A DNA stretch of 64,000 nt from Candidatus Omnitrophota bacterium (GCA_018824145.1 JAHJHC010000032.1:5330-69329); one strand, 5' to 3'; shown: positions 49,131 to 60,304, numbered from the stretch's first letter. Program-made: numbers and translations. The notes: generated by a model not told the origin, from the letters alone.

Positions 49131-51418
49131 TCTTTCTCCTTCTCAAGATACTCTAACGCCTTCTTGGCAGTTTCATTAAAAGGGTCTATCTCCAAAATTT
49201 TCTCCCATTGGTCTTTGGCTAAATTGAAAAGCTCCTTATCATAATAGTAAACAAGTGCGAGATTGTTATAGGCTACGAGATAGTCAGGTTTAAGTCCAAT
49301 GGCTTTTTCAAAAGATTCTATTGCCTTTTCATACTGGCCTAAGTAACGATAGGCTATACCTAAACTATTGTAAGCGTCCACATTATCTGGTTTAAGCTCA
49401 ATGGCCTTCTTGCAATACATAACTGCTTCTTCATATAACCCTATGGTATTAAGCATCATCCCGAAATTGTAATAGGCGTTTGCATGCTCCGACTCTAATT
49501 CAATGGCCTTTTTGCAAAGCTCCATGGCCTCACGTATACGATGAGGTTCTTTATTATAAATAAGAGCCCCTAGGCTATTATAGGCATCAGCATAGTCAGG
49601 TCTTAATTCAATGGCCTTTTCATGATACCTGACTGCATCCTGATATAATCCTAAAGAGCTGTGTATCAATCCGAGATTGTTATATGCATTGGCATAGCCG
49701 GGTTTTAATTTAATTGCCTTTTTGCAGAGTTTCACAGCCTTACCGACCTGGCCTAATTCTTTAAAAAGAACCCATCCGAGATTATTATAGGCATTGGCAT
49801 AGTTTGGTTTAAGTTCTATAGCCTTTTTATAATACCGTATTACCTCATCTATTTCAGCCGATTTTCTATAGAGCATTGTCCCGATATTATCATAGGCCCG
49901 GCCATAACGTGGACTTATCTCAATGGCCTTTTTAAATGCTGCCATGGCTTCTTCATCCTTTCCGATCTTGCGATATACAATACCAAGGTTATAATGCATC
50001 CATGCGTCATCCGCACTTATTTCTATGGCTTTTTTATATGCTCTAATAGCGTCTTTATAACGACCCGCCTGGTAATAAGCAATCCCTAGATTATTATGAA
50101 CCCTTGAAATATTTGGAGAGTATTCGAGTGTCTTTGACCAAAATGTAAGAGGATCCCTCCACTCAAAGTTGCGTCTAACAGTGCTAACAGAATAAAACGC
50201 AGCTATAAAGAGAGTCAATAACATTGCCAAATTCCTAAATCCTTTTTTATAAGAAAGCCTTTCACCTAAAAAAGACAGGCCTTTAATGCCGAGAGCGAAG
50301 AATAAACAAAAACCTACGGAAGGAAAATAGAGACGCTGCTCGGCAATCGGTCTTGTATGTAGAAATATAATGTTAGAAACAGGTAAAAGCGTTACAAAAA
50401 TCCATAAGATAGAAAATAAGAGCAAATTAGAATATCTACCTCTTTCTCTGCCTAAAAATATCTTTATAACTGCAGCTATTATAACGCATAATAACGCAAA
50501 GGATAAAAATACCTCAGGCTCAAAAAAAGATCCCGGGATGTTAAATATACGTTCGGCATTGAGTTTAATCGGAAATAAAAGCATGTTTACATAAAAGCCA
50601 AGGGTCTTGATAACTGTGAGAACATTGGGATAAAACTCTAACCCGGACATATTGTCAGATAACCCAATAGTTCCCAGGAATGTCGCTTTAAACATAAGAT
50701 AAAGGAATAATAACCCAAAAAACGGGATGGTCTCTCTTATAGCTATATTACGTTCTTTCCTGGATAGAAAACATACTGCATAAAGGACCAAAATAAGAGG
50801 TAAGGTGACAGCCATTGCTTTAGATAAAAGTGCAAATATAAAGAAAATAAGCGCTCCGGCATAAAAATAAATAGGGGATTCTATCCTTTTCTGCGATATA
50901 TGCTTAATAAAAAATAAAAAGGATAAAAGAAAAAACAATAAACCAAATAGGTCAGAGCGGTTTTTTATCCAGGTAACGGATTCAGTATGCATAGGATGAG
51001 TGGCAAAGAAAAGTGCGGCAAGGAATGCTAAATGCCGTCTCTTATCATACTTTTCCACTAATCTATAAATAAGAAAGTATAGCAGTATCACGTTAAGTAT
51101 ATGCAATAGAAGATTGGTAAGATGGTAGCCGAAAGGATTTAATTTCCATAGATAAAAGTCTAAAGCAAAACTCGCCATAATTATCGGCCGGTATCCTACA
51201 CTAGTTACTTCAATAAATTCCCTGTTTCTCGGTAAGAAGGATTGCCTCCAATATATAGGAGTGAAGAAAAAAAAGACGTTTTTTAGACTTTTGATATACT
51301 TGCCTCTTACAATAACAGTCTTATCATCCCACATAAAAGAGTTTTTGCACGTATTAGAGAATATAGCGATACATATAACTATAAGCAGGATAATAGGTAT
51401 TATATTTTTATTTCCCAT
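49127..51418 (-). CDS. TMTC/DUF1736-type GT-C membrane protein with a long TPR array (paralog 3).
   Basis: The 763-aa protein has NSFMWDDKTVIV and PFGYHLTNLLLHILNV. The C-terminus carries at least 9 TPR repeats. Confidence 0.75.
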   Translation of the reverse strand: MGNKNIIPIILLIVICIAIFSNTCKNSFMWDDKTVIVRGKYIKSLKNVFFFFTPIYWRQSFLPRNREFIEVTSVGYRPIIMASFALDFYLWKLNPFGYHLTNLLLHILNVILLYFLIYRLVEKYDKRRHLAFLAALFFATHPMHTESVTWIKNRSDLFGLLFFLLSFLFFIKHISQKRIESPIYFYAGALIFFIFALLSKAMAVTLPLILVLYAVCFLSRKERNIAIRETIPFFGLLFLYLMFKATFLGTIGLSDNMSGLEFYPNVLTVIKTLGFYVNMLLFPIKLNAERIFNIPGSFFEPEVFLSFALLCVIIAAVIKIFLGRERGRYSNLLLFSILWIFVTLLPVSNIIFLHTRPIAEQRLYFPSVGFCLFFALGIKGLSFLGERLSYKKGFRNLAMLLTLFIAAFYSVSTVRRNFEWRDPLTFWSKTLEYSPNISRVHNNLGIAYYQAGRYKDAIRAYKKAIEISADDAWMHYNLGIVYRKIGKDEEAMAAFKKAIEISPRYGRAYDNIGTMLYRKSAEIDEVIRYYKKAIELKPNYANAYNNLGWVLFKELGQVGKAVKLCKKAIKLKPGYANAYNNLGLIHSSLGLYQDAVRYHEKAIELRPDYADAYNSLGALIYNKEPHRIREAMELCKKAIELESEHANAYYNFGMMLNTIGLYEEAVMYCKKAIELKPDNVDAYNSLGIAYRYLGQYEKAIESFEKAIGLKPDYLVAYNNLALVYYYDKELFNLAKDQWEKILEIDPFNETAKKALEYLEKEKE

Positions 51419-53135
51419 TAATCTCCCTATTTACGACATGGTTCGAGTTGCGATATGGTTCGAGCAGGGCCAAAAACTTAGGGTTTACCTCAGCCCTTAG
51501 CTCAATCGCCTTATCACAATATTCAACAGCCAAAGAATACTCTTTTTGATAATAATAAGCTACTGCCAGATTATTATATGCACCGGCATAATCTGGGTTC
51601 ATCTCTATGACTTTATTATATACGGATATGGCCCTTTCTTTTTTACCGCTTATCATATACATATTCGCAAGGTTATTATACGCATCTATATACTCGGGAT
51701 TGAGTTCGATGGCCTTCTTAAATGATGCTATTGCCTCTTCGTTTTTCTCAATAGCCTGATAAGCGACGCCTAGATTATTATGCGCAAGGACATACTTCGG
51801 ATAGATTTCTATGGCCTTTTTATAAGAGGCTATGGCCTTTTTAACCCTGCCAATATCGTAGTATTCTACTCCGAGGTTATTGTAGGCCCTGGGACTATTA
51901 TAGGAAGCCTCTGCGGTTTTCTGCCAAAAGGCAATAGGATTCCTCCAGTCAAAATTTCTTTTAATGGTGCTGGAAGAATAGAAGATAAATACGGTAAGGG
52001 CCAATAATACCGCAATCTTTTTAAGACCCAGGTTCCTGATACAGATAGCCAGGATAACGCAAAGGCCTACTGAAGGGATATAAAGGCGCTGTTCGGCAAT
52101 AGGCCTTGGGTATAGAAAGATTATATTGGAAACCGGTAGAATGGTTAAAAAAATCCATAGGACAATAAAGAAAAAGAACTTTGAACTTTTAAATTTTTTT
52201 ATAGCTATAATTGATGTGGAAACTACTAATGTCAAAGCAAAAAAGACCCTGGGCTCGAATATAGACTTAGGAATACGCATCACATGTTCTGCATTAAGCC
52301 CGACCGGAAAAATAAGCAGTTTTAAATAATAACCGAGTGTCTTGAAGACCATGAGTATATTAGAATAAAGCCCTATCTCAGAAATATATACCGCTGAGAC
52401 TATATTTATCAGATCTCCAAACTTTATGACAAGATAGACTATCATCAATCCAAAAAAAGGCAATATAGCAATCTTTGCTTTCTTTTGTTTATCTTTAGGG
52501 ATAAAGCTTAAGATATAAAAGAACAATATAAACGGTAAGGTAATAGCCATCTCTTTTGAAAGAAGCGCAATAGGGAAAAATAAAAGCGAACCGCAGTAAG
52601 ATAGCATCCGAAACCTTTTTCTTTCTTCTGACGTATACCTCATAAAAAGAAGGACCGATAAGAGAAAAAACAGCAACGATACAAGATCGAAACGGTTCTT
52701 TATCCATGTAACGGATTCGATATGTATGGGATGTGTGGCGAAGAATACCGCACTAAGGAAAGGGATGTTAATCAATCCTTTCCTGACATTCGGCTCCAGC
52801 AATTTAAATATAAAAAAATATATAAGTACGACATTTAAGATATGCAGCAAAAGATTAGTCAAATGATACCCAAATGCATTGTCTTCCCAAAAAAAGTAGT
52901 CTAATGCAAAGGTCATTAAGGTCACAGGCCGATATTGCCCCTTCAGCCCAGGATAATAATGGTTCCAGTATTGGGTGCTGAACAAAAAAGGGATATATTC
53001 TAAATCTTCAATATATTTATTCTCAACTATTAGATCCCTATCATCCCACATAAAGGGGTTCTTAAAGGTATTCGAGAAGATAACAGCTGATATAACTATA
53101 AGCAATATAATAGGTATTGCATGTTTATTTTTCAT
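51408..53135 (-). CDS. TMTC/DUF1736-type GT-C membrane protein with TPR repeats (paralog 2). I take the start at the internal Met (MKNKHAIPIILL...) rather than the track start at 53261.
   Basis: The protein has NPFMWDDRDLIV and AFGYHLTNLLLHILNV. The 53261 start would overlap the upstream gene by 137 nt, whereas the internal Met gives an 11-nt overlap like the other paralogs. Confidence 0.7.
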   Translation of the reverse strand: MKNKHAIPIILLIVISAVIFSNTFKNPFMWDDRDLIVENKYIEDLEYIPFLFSTQYWNHYYPGLKGQYRPVTLMTFALDYFFWEDNAFGYHLTNLLLHILNVVLIYFFIFKLLEPNVRKGLINIPFLSAVFFATHPIHIESVTWIKNRFDLVSLLFFLLSVLLFMRYTSEERKRFRMLSYCGSLLFFPIALLSKEMAITLPFILFFYILSFIPKDKQKKAKIAILPFFGLMIVYLVIKFGDLINIVSAVYISEIGLYSNILMVFKTLGYYLKLLIFPVGLNAEHVMRIPKSIFEPRVFFALTLVVSTSIIAIKKFKSSKFFFFIVLWIFLTILPVSNIIFLYPRPIAEQRLYIPSVGLCVILAICIRNLGLKKIAVLLALTVFIFYSSSTIKRNFDWRNPIAFWQKTAEASYNSPRAYNNLGVEYYDIGRVKKAIASYKKAIEIYPKYVLAHNNLGVAYQAIEKNEEAIASFKKAIELNPEYIDAYNNLANMYMISGKKERAISVYNKVIEMNPDYAGAYNNLAVAYYYQKEYSLAVEYCDKAIELRAEVNPKFLALLEPYRNSNHVVNREINGK

Positions 53136-55314
53136 CGATAACCCTATCTCGATATGGCTCAAGCAAGGCCAAAAATTCTGGTTTAACCCCTGAGCCAAGT
53201 TCAATGGCCTTATCACAATGCTCGATCGACAGGTCATATATCCGCTCGTAATAATACACAACTGCCAGATTGATGTGTGCTATTCCATATTCAGGGTCTA
53301 TTATTATGGCTTTTGTATATGAATTTATGGCCTTCTGATTATCTTTCATGGCCACATATACATTCCCGAGATTATTATACGCTTCTGCATAAGCTGAGTT
53401 GAACTCAATGGACTTTTCAAGGAAGTCTATAGCTTTATCGTTCTCTCCCATCACAGTATATATATTCCCTAGATTATTATATGCGCTTGCATTATACGGA
53501 TCGATTTTTATGGCATCCTGAAATGAGGTTATCGCCATTTGGTTATTGCCAAGCTTATGATATGCTATGCCAAGGTCATTATAGGCCCTAGAGAAATCAG
53601 GATTGATTGCCAAGGACTTTAAATACGAATCTATGGCTTTCTGGTCTTTTCCGAGATCCCTATACGCATTTCCGAGGTTATTATAGGCCAGTGCGTAATC
53701 GGAATCTATACTTACGGCTTTCTTATATGCATGTATGGCCCGTTCTGTCCTTCCGTCAGCACGATAAAGATTACCAAGACTGTTGTAGGCAGGCGCATAA
53801 TAAGGATTTACTTCTATGGCCTTCTTAAAAAGGTCCATAGCCCCTTCGTTATTATTGCCTATATCTACATATGTAATACCAAGGTTATTATAAACTTCGG
53901 CATTTGTCGGATCGATCTCTATTGCCCTTTCAAAAAATGTAATTGCCCTTAGAGACTGGCCTATTTCGCTATATATATTGCCGAGGTTATTGAACGCGTC
54001 TACGAGCTTTGGATCAAGTTCCAGTGCCTTTTCATACGACGCAATAGCATCTTCGACACTACCCCTGTCTCTGTATATATTGCCGATATTATTATATATT
54101 CCTGCGCTGTCTGGCGCATACTGTAAAATCCTTTTATAAAGCACCATAGGCTCTTTCCAGTAAGTATTCTGTCTAATGGTCAAATAAGAATAGAAACCCG
54201 ATACAACTGTTATAAGCAGTATAGTAAGTATCTTTAGATTTTTATTTCTATATAAATACACTGCTCCATTTGCCAATATAAGGAAAAATCCTATTGACGG
54301 CAGATACAACCAATGTTCAGCCATATAGGCATTTATAGGATAAAGATTGGATAAAGGGATAAGTGATATAAAAAACCAATATATAGAGAACGACAGCGGA
54401 TTGTTTTCCTTCTTTTTTATAAAACTATAAATTAATAAAGACACTGTTAATAAAATCCCTGCTATTGCCATAGGATCAACCCAGCTAAATACACTATTGC
54501 CGTACTGCATATGAAGGTCTGAAGGTAAAAATAAAAGCCTTATGTAATTAGCTATAGCGACAAAGAAACCCGGCATCCTCTGGAATACCGTAGTAGAAAA
54601 AACACTGCTATCAGGCAAAAAAGATTTTAGAATCGTTACTCTTGAAATGATGTAAATAAATGCTAAACACGATATAGGCACAAACGCCTTAATATTAAAT
54701 CTCTTCCTGAAAGTATAATGGTATAAAAAGAGCAACGCGGGAAAAATAATACTTAATTCTTTACATAAAAGAGCTAATATGTAAGTTATTAACATCACAA
54801 AATATGCACCAGGTTTTCCCGAATTTATATATTTTATATAACAAATAAATGAGGCGAGCATAAACAGCATAAATAAAGAATCCGATCTTCCAGATATATA
54901 AGCTATAGCTTCACTATGTATAGGATGGATAATAAATAAAATGCTTGTAATTAAAGACAAAAGTGCATCTTTATAAAGAATGGCAATCAGCCAATATACA
55001 GCCAGGCCGACTAAGATATGCAACAAGATATTGGTAAGATGATAACCTGAAACATTTAATCTCCATAATGAATAATCAAGACGGTAGGTAAATATCTGAA
55101 GCGGGTGATAAAGACTGCTCCTTTTTCCGACACCGGCTTCCACATCTTGCGTAAAAATCTCCGGTAAATAATCCCATTTTTTTATAAATGTATTATTTCT
55201 TACTAAATCCTCATCGTCCCAGACAAACTTATTGTTTAAAGAATTTACGTAGACACCAAGACCTAGGATGATTATTACAAAGATAGCTATAATAGTAAAC
55301 TTATGTCCTGACAT
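53125..55314 (-). CDS. TMTC/DUF1736-type GT-C membrane protein with TPR repeats (paralog 1, the most divergent).
   Basis: The 729-aa protein has NKFVWDDEDLV and VSGYHLTNILLHILV. The C-terminus carries about 9 TPR repeats. Confidence 0.7.
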   Translation of the reverse strand: MSGHKFTIIAIFVIIILGLGVYVNSLNNKFVWDDEDLVRNNTFIKKWDYLPEIFTQDVEAGVGKRSSLYHPLQIFTYRLDYSLWRLNVSGYHLTNILLHILVGLAVYWLIAILYKDALLSLITSILFIIHPIHSEAIAYISGRSDSLFMLFMLASFICYIKYINSGKPGAYFVMLITYILALLCKELSIIFPALLFLYHYTFRKRFNIKAFVPISCLAFIYIISRVTILKSFLPDSSVFSTTVFQRMPGFFVAIANYIRLLFLPSDLHMQYGNSVFSWVDPMAIAGILLTVSLLIYSFIKKKENNPLSFSIYWFFISLIPLSNLYPINAYMAEHWLYLPSIGFFLILANGAVYLYRNKNLKILTILLITVVSGFYSYLTIRQNTYWKEPMVLYKRILQYAPDSAGIYNNIGNIYRDRGSVEDAIASYEKALELDPKLVDAFNNLGNIYSEIGQSLRAITFFERAIEIDPTNAEVYNNLGITYVDIGNNNEGAMDLFKKAIEVNPYYAPAYNSLGNLYRADGRTERAIHAYKKAVSIDSDYALAYNNLGNAYRDLGKDQKAIDSYLKSLAINPDFSRAYNDLGIAYHKLGNNQMAITSFQDAIKIDPYNASAYNNLGNIYTVMGENDKAIDFLEKSIEFNSAYAEAYNNLGNVYVAMKDNQKAINSYTKAIIIDPEYGIAHINLAVVYYYERIYDLSIEHCDKAIELGSGVKPEFLALLEPYRDRVIDEK

Positions 55315-56254
55315 ATCTATTTGGGTTAACCAGTCTATTTAAGAATGGTTTTATAAAAAACAATCCGAATAAAATAGGGCAGATTACATTAACAAAAGAT
55401 AGTAAAAGACCGCTTCCTAAAAGCCTATCTGGAACCGCATATTCTGAAAAAAATACTAGAATAGCTGATTCCCTGGTGCCTAATCCCCCGAATGTTATTG
55501 GTAAGGATGCGAGAAGCAGAACAATAGGGGTAAAAATCAAAAAGGCCTCAATGGGTATTTCTATGCTGAATGCCTTAAAAAGAAAAAAGGCGTTTATCAA
55601 TTTGCATCCTTCAAACCCTAAAGAATATATAAATAAAGTAACTAGCGATTTTATACTAAACTTTTCGATAAGGACTTTGAATATTTCTCTAGGCCGAGGG
55701 CTCATCTTTCTAGAGTTCTTAATAAAATTAATAAGTATTGAATTTCTAAAAAGTATTATTATAAAAAAGAAAACTAAAAATATTACGGCAAAATAAATCT
55801 TTTGATATAGCTCAAGTTTATAGAAAAACCAGCCGACAGAAATAAAAGAGATTAAAGCAAAAAAGCTAAAACTATATACTAATATTACGGAACTTATGCC
55901 CCTGGCATAAGAGAAATCGTGTCTTTTGTGTAAATACGCCACCATAACGGATTCTCCGATTTTGAATGGAAGGATACCTTTTATAGGTGCACTACCCATG
56001 CGTAGTATAAGGGTCTCAAAAAAGGGGATATTACACCCTAATAGTTCAAGTATTTTTTTATACCTTGCCGGAGAAAAACATGTATGCGCTATAAATGAAA
56101 AAAAAATTGCTCCAGCAAGGAATCTAACCTCTATCTGTGCCAATAGGTTCTTTACTTCAGAGAACCGAATCTTTGAAAATATAATAGTAAAAACAGAGAT
56201 GGTTATTACCCAGGTGATAATAAATCTCAGTAATTGTTTTCGCTGGTTAATCAT
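55301..56254 (-). CDS. Flippase-like polytopic membrane protein (lysyl-PG-synthase TM / YbhN-like domain).
   Basis: The 317-aa protein has about 8 TM helices and a C-terminal LPITFGGLGTRESAIL motif. It sits between the GT9 and TMTC genes. Confidence 0.4.
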   Translation of the reverse strand: MINQRKQLLRFIITWVITISVFTIIFSKIRFSEVKNLLAQIEVRFLAGAIFFSFIAHTCFSPARYKKILELLGCNIPFFETLILRMGSAPIKGILPFKIGESVMVAYLHKRHDFSYARGISSVILVYSFSFFALISFISVGWFFYKLELYQKIYFAVIFLVFFFIIILFRNSILINFIKNSRKMSPRPREIFKVLIEKFSIKSLVTLFIYSLGFEGCKLINAFFLFKAFSIEIPIEAFLIFTPIVLLLASLPITFGGLGTRESAILVFFSEYAVPDRLLGSGLLLSFVNVICPILFGLFFIKPFLNRLVNPNRYVRT

Positions 56255-56257
56255 ATT

Positions 56258-57499
56258 TTACAATAGCGCCATTACCTTTTCATAGACATTCTCTACCGTT
56301 ATATTTCTCAAACATGCCCCTATTTTACAAGATGATTTCCTATGATTGTAGGCATTTACACAAGGGCTACAAACTAAATTTGAGCTAATATTTTCCCGAT
56401 GATTTTTATCTTTTCCATAAAGCAAAGGTGTTTCAGGGCCAAAAAGAATTATAGCTTTTACTGGAGTTAGACTTGAAAAAAGAGCTGGCCCGCTGTCATT
56501 CGTTACTAATATATCCGCTATGGAATACAAAGTCAGCAGATCTTTTAAAGAAGTAAGCCCGGCTACGGATGTGGCTTTTCCTATTTTAGATGCTATCAGA
56601 TCTGCCTTCTGCTTTTCTTTAACAGTACCTGTTATTAATATCGTAGACCTAGGTAATCCTTCTTGAATAAGTTTGCCTAATTTTATAAAATTCTCTTCAG
56701 GCCATCTTCTTATTGGTAACAAATCGGCTGTATTTGGATTTAATATAATAATTGGTTTGTCTAAACTAGAACATTTTCCGCCAGAGGCGGACCTGCCTCC
56801 GGCGGGCAACTGCTCAAGTTTTCTTATTAACAATTCTTTTTCATCTTCGGTAGGAGAAAAAATAGGAAGACTATCCGTTACCTTAGGGACTTCAAAAATC
56901 ATAGGAGTGCCATCTTTAGGAGGAGCATAATTCAATGCCTCTACTAAACTCACAAAAAAAACTGAAGCATGTAAGTAAGGATTATATAATAATTTATGAG
57001 TAAATAAATCTCCTCGGTAAGGCCCATCACTAGTAAATTGATGTAATCCCACTTTTTTATCCGCACCTGATAAATATGAAATAATTGCTGATGTCCTTGA
57101 AAAAAATTCCATATCTATGGCAGCATCTATTTTTTCTTTGCGTATCCTAATCAGGGCCTTAAAGCCTGAATAAATAAGGCTTATAAGATCCTTGGAATCA
57201 ACCTCTATAAGATTAGCTTGAGGGATTATATCCAGTATATCTAAAATCGGCCGATTTTTTTTGAGGACTAAAAAAAAGATATGTTCCCTTCCTGCGAAAT
57301 TTTTTGCTTTTTTTAGAGCCGGGTAAGCTAATACTGTCGAACCTTGCTCGATTAATTTTATAAAAAGAATTTTGGCGGGTTTTTTATAATGGCGGGGGTC
57401 TTTTTTGAGAATACTATAGAGCCTTCTGTGAATGGTCAGAAAAAAACAGAATGGACGACCTAAATTTTTGTCTATCCAGCGAATGAGGTCTGGATTCAC
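56258..57499 (-). CDS. Glycosyltransferase family 9 (ADP-heptose heptosyltransferase-like).
   Basis: The C-terminal motif ADILVTNDSGPALFSSL matches the GT9 signature (D-x-L-V-T-N-D-S-G-P), and the protein has a GT-B two-domain length of 413 aa. Confidence 0.65.
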   Translation of the reverse strand: MNPDLIRWIDKNLGRPFCFFLTIHRRLYSILKKDPRHYKKPAKILFIKLIEQGSTVLAYPALKKAKNFAGREHIFFLVLKKNRPILDILDIIPQANLIEVDSKDLISLIYSGFKALIRIRKEKIDAAIDMEFFSRTSAIISYLSGADKKVGLHQFTSDGPYRGDLFTHKLLYNPYLHASVFFVSLVEALNYAPPKDGTPMIFEVPKVTDSLPIFSPTEDEKELLIRKLEQLPAGGRSASGGKCSSLDKPIIILNPNTADLLPIRRWPEENFIKLGKLIQEGLPRSTILITGTVKEKQKADLIASKIGKATSVAGLTSLKDLLTLYSIADILVTNDSGPALFSSLTPVKAIILFGPETPLLYGKDKNHRENISSNLVCSPCVNAYNHRKSSCKIGACLRNITVENVYEKVMALL

Positions 57500-57533
57500 C
57501 TTTTTTTATCCTTTTCGTACCCAATTAAAAATT

Positions 57534-58268
57534 TTATCTGTTAAAAAACAGGCCTTTTTTCTTCTTTTTCTCTTCTTTCTTTAAAGGTTCGGTTTCTTGC
57601 GCGACAATTTTTTTAACGCTTTCTTCTTTTACCTCCACCACCTCCTGCTCTTCCTGAACAGGTGATTCCGCAGCCTCATCTTCTACTTCATCAGGTACGG
57701 CTTTCACTTCTTCTTTGATAATTTTCTTCTCTGATTCAATAGCCTTATCTCCTACCATTCCTTCTTCAACCTGAGTCCCAGACTCTTCTGGTTCCTCAGA
57801 TATCATTTCTTTTCCCAGGCTGACAAACGTATAATCCTTTTTTTTCTTTTCGTCTACATGCCAGCTCAAAACACCCCGCATGTTTTCACTGGAAATCTGA
57901 CCTCTCCAAAACGCAATACCTTTCTCTTCACTGGTCTGCATTGTCTCCCAGACAACGATTTCTTTATCTTTACCTTTAAGTCTTACCGTATAACCACTGG
58001 ACGGAAATCCTTCCGAAGATAATTTCTCCGAAATAATCTTATTATTTTCAAAACGCAATGTATCACTCTCTTTTTTATCGGTCTTGTCTGACATTTCTTT
58101 CAGCTCAATCTGCCACACAGTATTGTTAAGCCCGGCTTTTGCCTCAGAAATCATTTCTTGTTCTGTCCTGGGCTCTTCATCTTTTTCTTTTTCCCGCGCC
58201 ATACAAACCGAAACTAATCCTAGAGTTAAAATTATAAATGCGGAACATATTGAAATCTTCTTAATCAT
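57534..58268 (-). CDS. Secreted WETMQ-domain protein with a Glu-rich C-terminal tail (paralog 2).
   Basis: It has a signal peptide ([24 protein letters not shown]). The core ..[83 protein letters not shown] is followed by an acidic tail. Confidence 0.6.
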   Translation of the reverse strand: MIKKISICSAFIILTLGLVSVCMAREKEKDEEPRTEQEMISEAKAGLNNTVWQIELKEMSDKTDKKESDTLRFENNKIISEKLSSEGFPSSGYTVRLKGKDKEIVVWETMQTSEEKGIAFWRGQISSENMRGVLSWHVDEKKKKDYTFVSLGKEMISEEPEESGTQVEEGMVGDKAIESEKKIIKEEVKAVPDEVEDEAAESPVQEEQEVVEVKEESVKKIVAQETEPLKKEEKKKKKGLFFNR

Positions 58269-59757
58269 TATCAGTTTCCTCCTTTATATTATCATCTGAT
58301 TTTTGTTGTCCCTTTTTAACATATGCCTTTATAATCTGCTGCTCTTCTTTGGGCTTATCCTTGGAATCGGTTTCTACTCCCTGTATTTTTTCAACAACAT
58401 CATATCCTGATACAACTTCGCCGAATATTGTATGTTTTTTATTTAACCAGGGAGTCTGGTTTGTAGTTATAAAAAATTGGCTTTTGTTTGTATTCGGCCC
58501 GGAATTCGCCATGGCCAAAATCCCCGGCTTATCAAACTTGACTTCTTCACTTACCTCATCCTGAAACGGCTCTCCCCAAATAGATTCACCGCCTGTTCCA
58601 GTGCCGGTCGGATCTCCGGTCTGGATCATGAAATCCTTTATTACACGATGAAATATTATCCCTTCATAATATCCTTTTTCAACCAGGCCTATAAAATTCT
58701 CACACGCCATAGGTGCTATGTCAGGAAAAAGCTTCAACACTACAATACCATGATTTGTTTTAATTGCAACTAAAGTTTTCATTTTCAATTCCTCTATCTT
58801 CTTTGCACGCATTTCTTCTGCTACATAATCCCGGAACCTTGCTCTTTCTAGTAAATCTTCGAAATAGTCCTTAATAATCTTGCGTTTTTTGACTGTAGTA
58901 AGCATATCCCTGTAATATTTTTGCTTTTGTTCAGTGTATTTCTCAATATCTGCGTCTCTCTTATTCAGAAGGCGAAAGACAGCAACCCCGTAAAAAAACT
59001 CCGCTACGATAAAGTCGCCTTTTTCATGGCTAAGAATTCTATAAGCATCATCTTTAGGGATTTTCCAGAGGTCTATCAATGCTTCTAAAGACATTATATT
59101 TATCCAGGAGGCACCCTTCTGGCCTATTTCCTTCTTTTCAATATACGTATCATACCAAAGCCTTGGATTTTTTTTAACCTTCTCGGCAAACTCTTTAGCC
59201 TCTTCTTCGGTCTCAAACCTTATGTATTCACTCTCGAAAGAATTATATTGATTTAAAAATTTCTGCTTCATCTCTTCCTCGGTTACAGTTACCTCTGGCT
59301 CGGTCTTTAGCTTCATGTATTTATTGATTATCAATAAATCCTCTATACGACGCTCAAAACTATCTACTCCCTCCCCTAATTGCATAGTTACCCAGATCTT
59401 GTAATTATCGGTTCCATACTCTATATCTTTTTCTGATACCAACCTTTTTAGTTCCTCTAAAAGTTCCTCTCTTGAAACAGTAATATTAAGCCTGGCAGAT
59501 TCCTGTCTATATATTAAATTTTGCCATGCCTCTTGCCTTATCTCTTCTTCTGTCCGAGTCTCTCCTCCCTCTTTAGGACCTAATCGGGTAAAAAGAGCAG
59601 CTGTTTTATAATAATAATTAAACTCTTCCAAACTAATCGGCCGTCCAAAGGCCTCGCCGATGACTTTGGATGAGGAGTCTTCTCCATATGCCGTTCCGTT
59701 AAACAAATTCAATAAACTCAGGGAAAATAAAAAAATTATTATAAGTCTTTTATCCAT
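58261..59757 (-). CDS. Periplasmic peptidyl-prolyl cis-trans isomerase, a cyclophilin-type catalytic domain fused to a SurA-like N-terminal chaperone domain.
   Basis: It has a signal peptide. The C-terminal segment [20 protein letters not shown]...[26 protein letters not shown]...[20 protein letters not shown]...HTIFGEVV is canonical cyclophilin. Confidence 0.8.
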   Translation of the reverse strand: MDKRLIIIFLFSLSLLNLFNGTAYGEDSSSKVIGEAFGRPISLEEFNYYYKTAALFTRLGPKEGGETRTEEEIRQEAWQNLIYRQESARLNITVSREELLEELKRLVSEKDIEYGTDNYKIWVTMQLGEGVDSFERRIEDLLIINKYMKLKTEPEVTVTEEEMKQKFLNQYNSFESEYIRFETEEEAKEFAEKVKKNPRLWYDTYIEKKEIGQKGASWINIMSLEALIDLWKIPKDDAYRILSHEKGDFIVAEFFYGVAVFRLLNKRDADIEKYTEQKQKYYRDMLTTVKKRKIIKDYFEDLLERARFRDYVAEEMRAKKIEELKMKTLVAIKTNHGIVVLKLFPDIAPMACENFIGLVEKGYYEGIIFHRVIKDFMIQTGDPTGTGTGGESIWGEPFQDEVSEEVKFDKPGILAMANSGPNTNKSQFFITTNQTPWLNKKHTIFGEVVSGYDVVEKIQGVETDSKDKPKEEQQIIKAYVKKGQQKSDDNIKEETDND

Positions 59758-59761
59758 ATAT

Positions 59762-60289
59762 TTATTCGACTATCTTTATTTCAACGGCATCAGATTGAAC
59801 TTTGTTTTTAAAGGTGTCTAAGCCGATTTCCTCGCCATAACTATTTTGATAAACTCCGGTGATCTTATACGTGCCGAGTTCCTTAAAGTCAAAATAATAC
59901 TTTATGTCCCTTGGTCTATCAGAACTTATCTCCTCTCCTGTATTTAATAATACAAGGTAACCTGTCTTAGGAAGGCCGATATCTTCGGATACTCTGGATT
60001 CTTTGAACGGCAAGTCTTCTCCTGATGGAGATGTTGCAGAAAGGTATATCTCCCGGTGCGTTTCAGGGCTAGACTTTGAATTTACATAGAATCTCTTATT
60101 TGCATATATTGGTTTCTTACCCTTATTCTCCAGTTTAAAGACTACTGGTATCGGATCAGTTTTCTTATATTCAGTTTTTTCAAATGATAGGCTTAATTCC
60201 AAAGATTCATCTTTTGCGATGACTTTGCCACATTGACATAGTGGAAGTATTATGGCTAATAAAAGTAAGATAATATAAGTGATCCGCAT
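59762..60289 (-). CDS. Hypothetical secreted or lipoprotein-like protein.
   Basis: The 175-aa protein has an N-terminal signal with Cys residues (ILPLCQCG). Confidence 0.5.
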   Translation of the reverse strand: MRITYIILLLLAIILPLCQCGKVIAKDESLELSLSFEKTEYKKTDPIPVVFKLENKGKKPIYANKRFYVNSKSSPETHREIYLSATSPSGEDLPFKESRVSEDIGLPKTGYLVLLNTGEEISSDRPRDIKYYFDFKELGTYKITGVYQNSYGEEIGLDTFKNKVQSDAVEIKIVE

Positions 60290-60304
60290 GTTTATACGTT
60301 ATAA

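Noticed and set aside
42972-53952. Recurrent plus-strand ORFs inside the TMTC genes (for example 43581..43799, 45622..45891, 50370..50594 and 52126..52329) with similar peptides.
   Set aside because: They are antisense reflections of conserved TMTC paralog motifs (the IESITWIKNRSD region) and are not independent genes.
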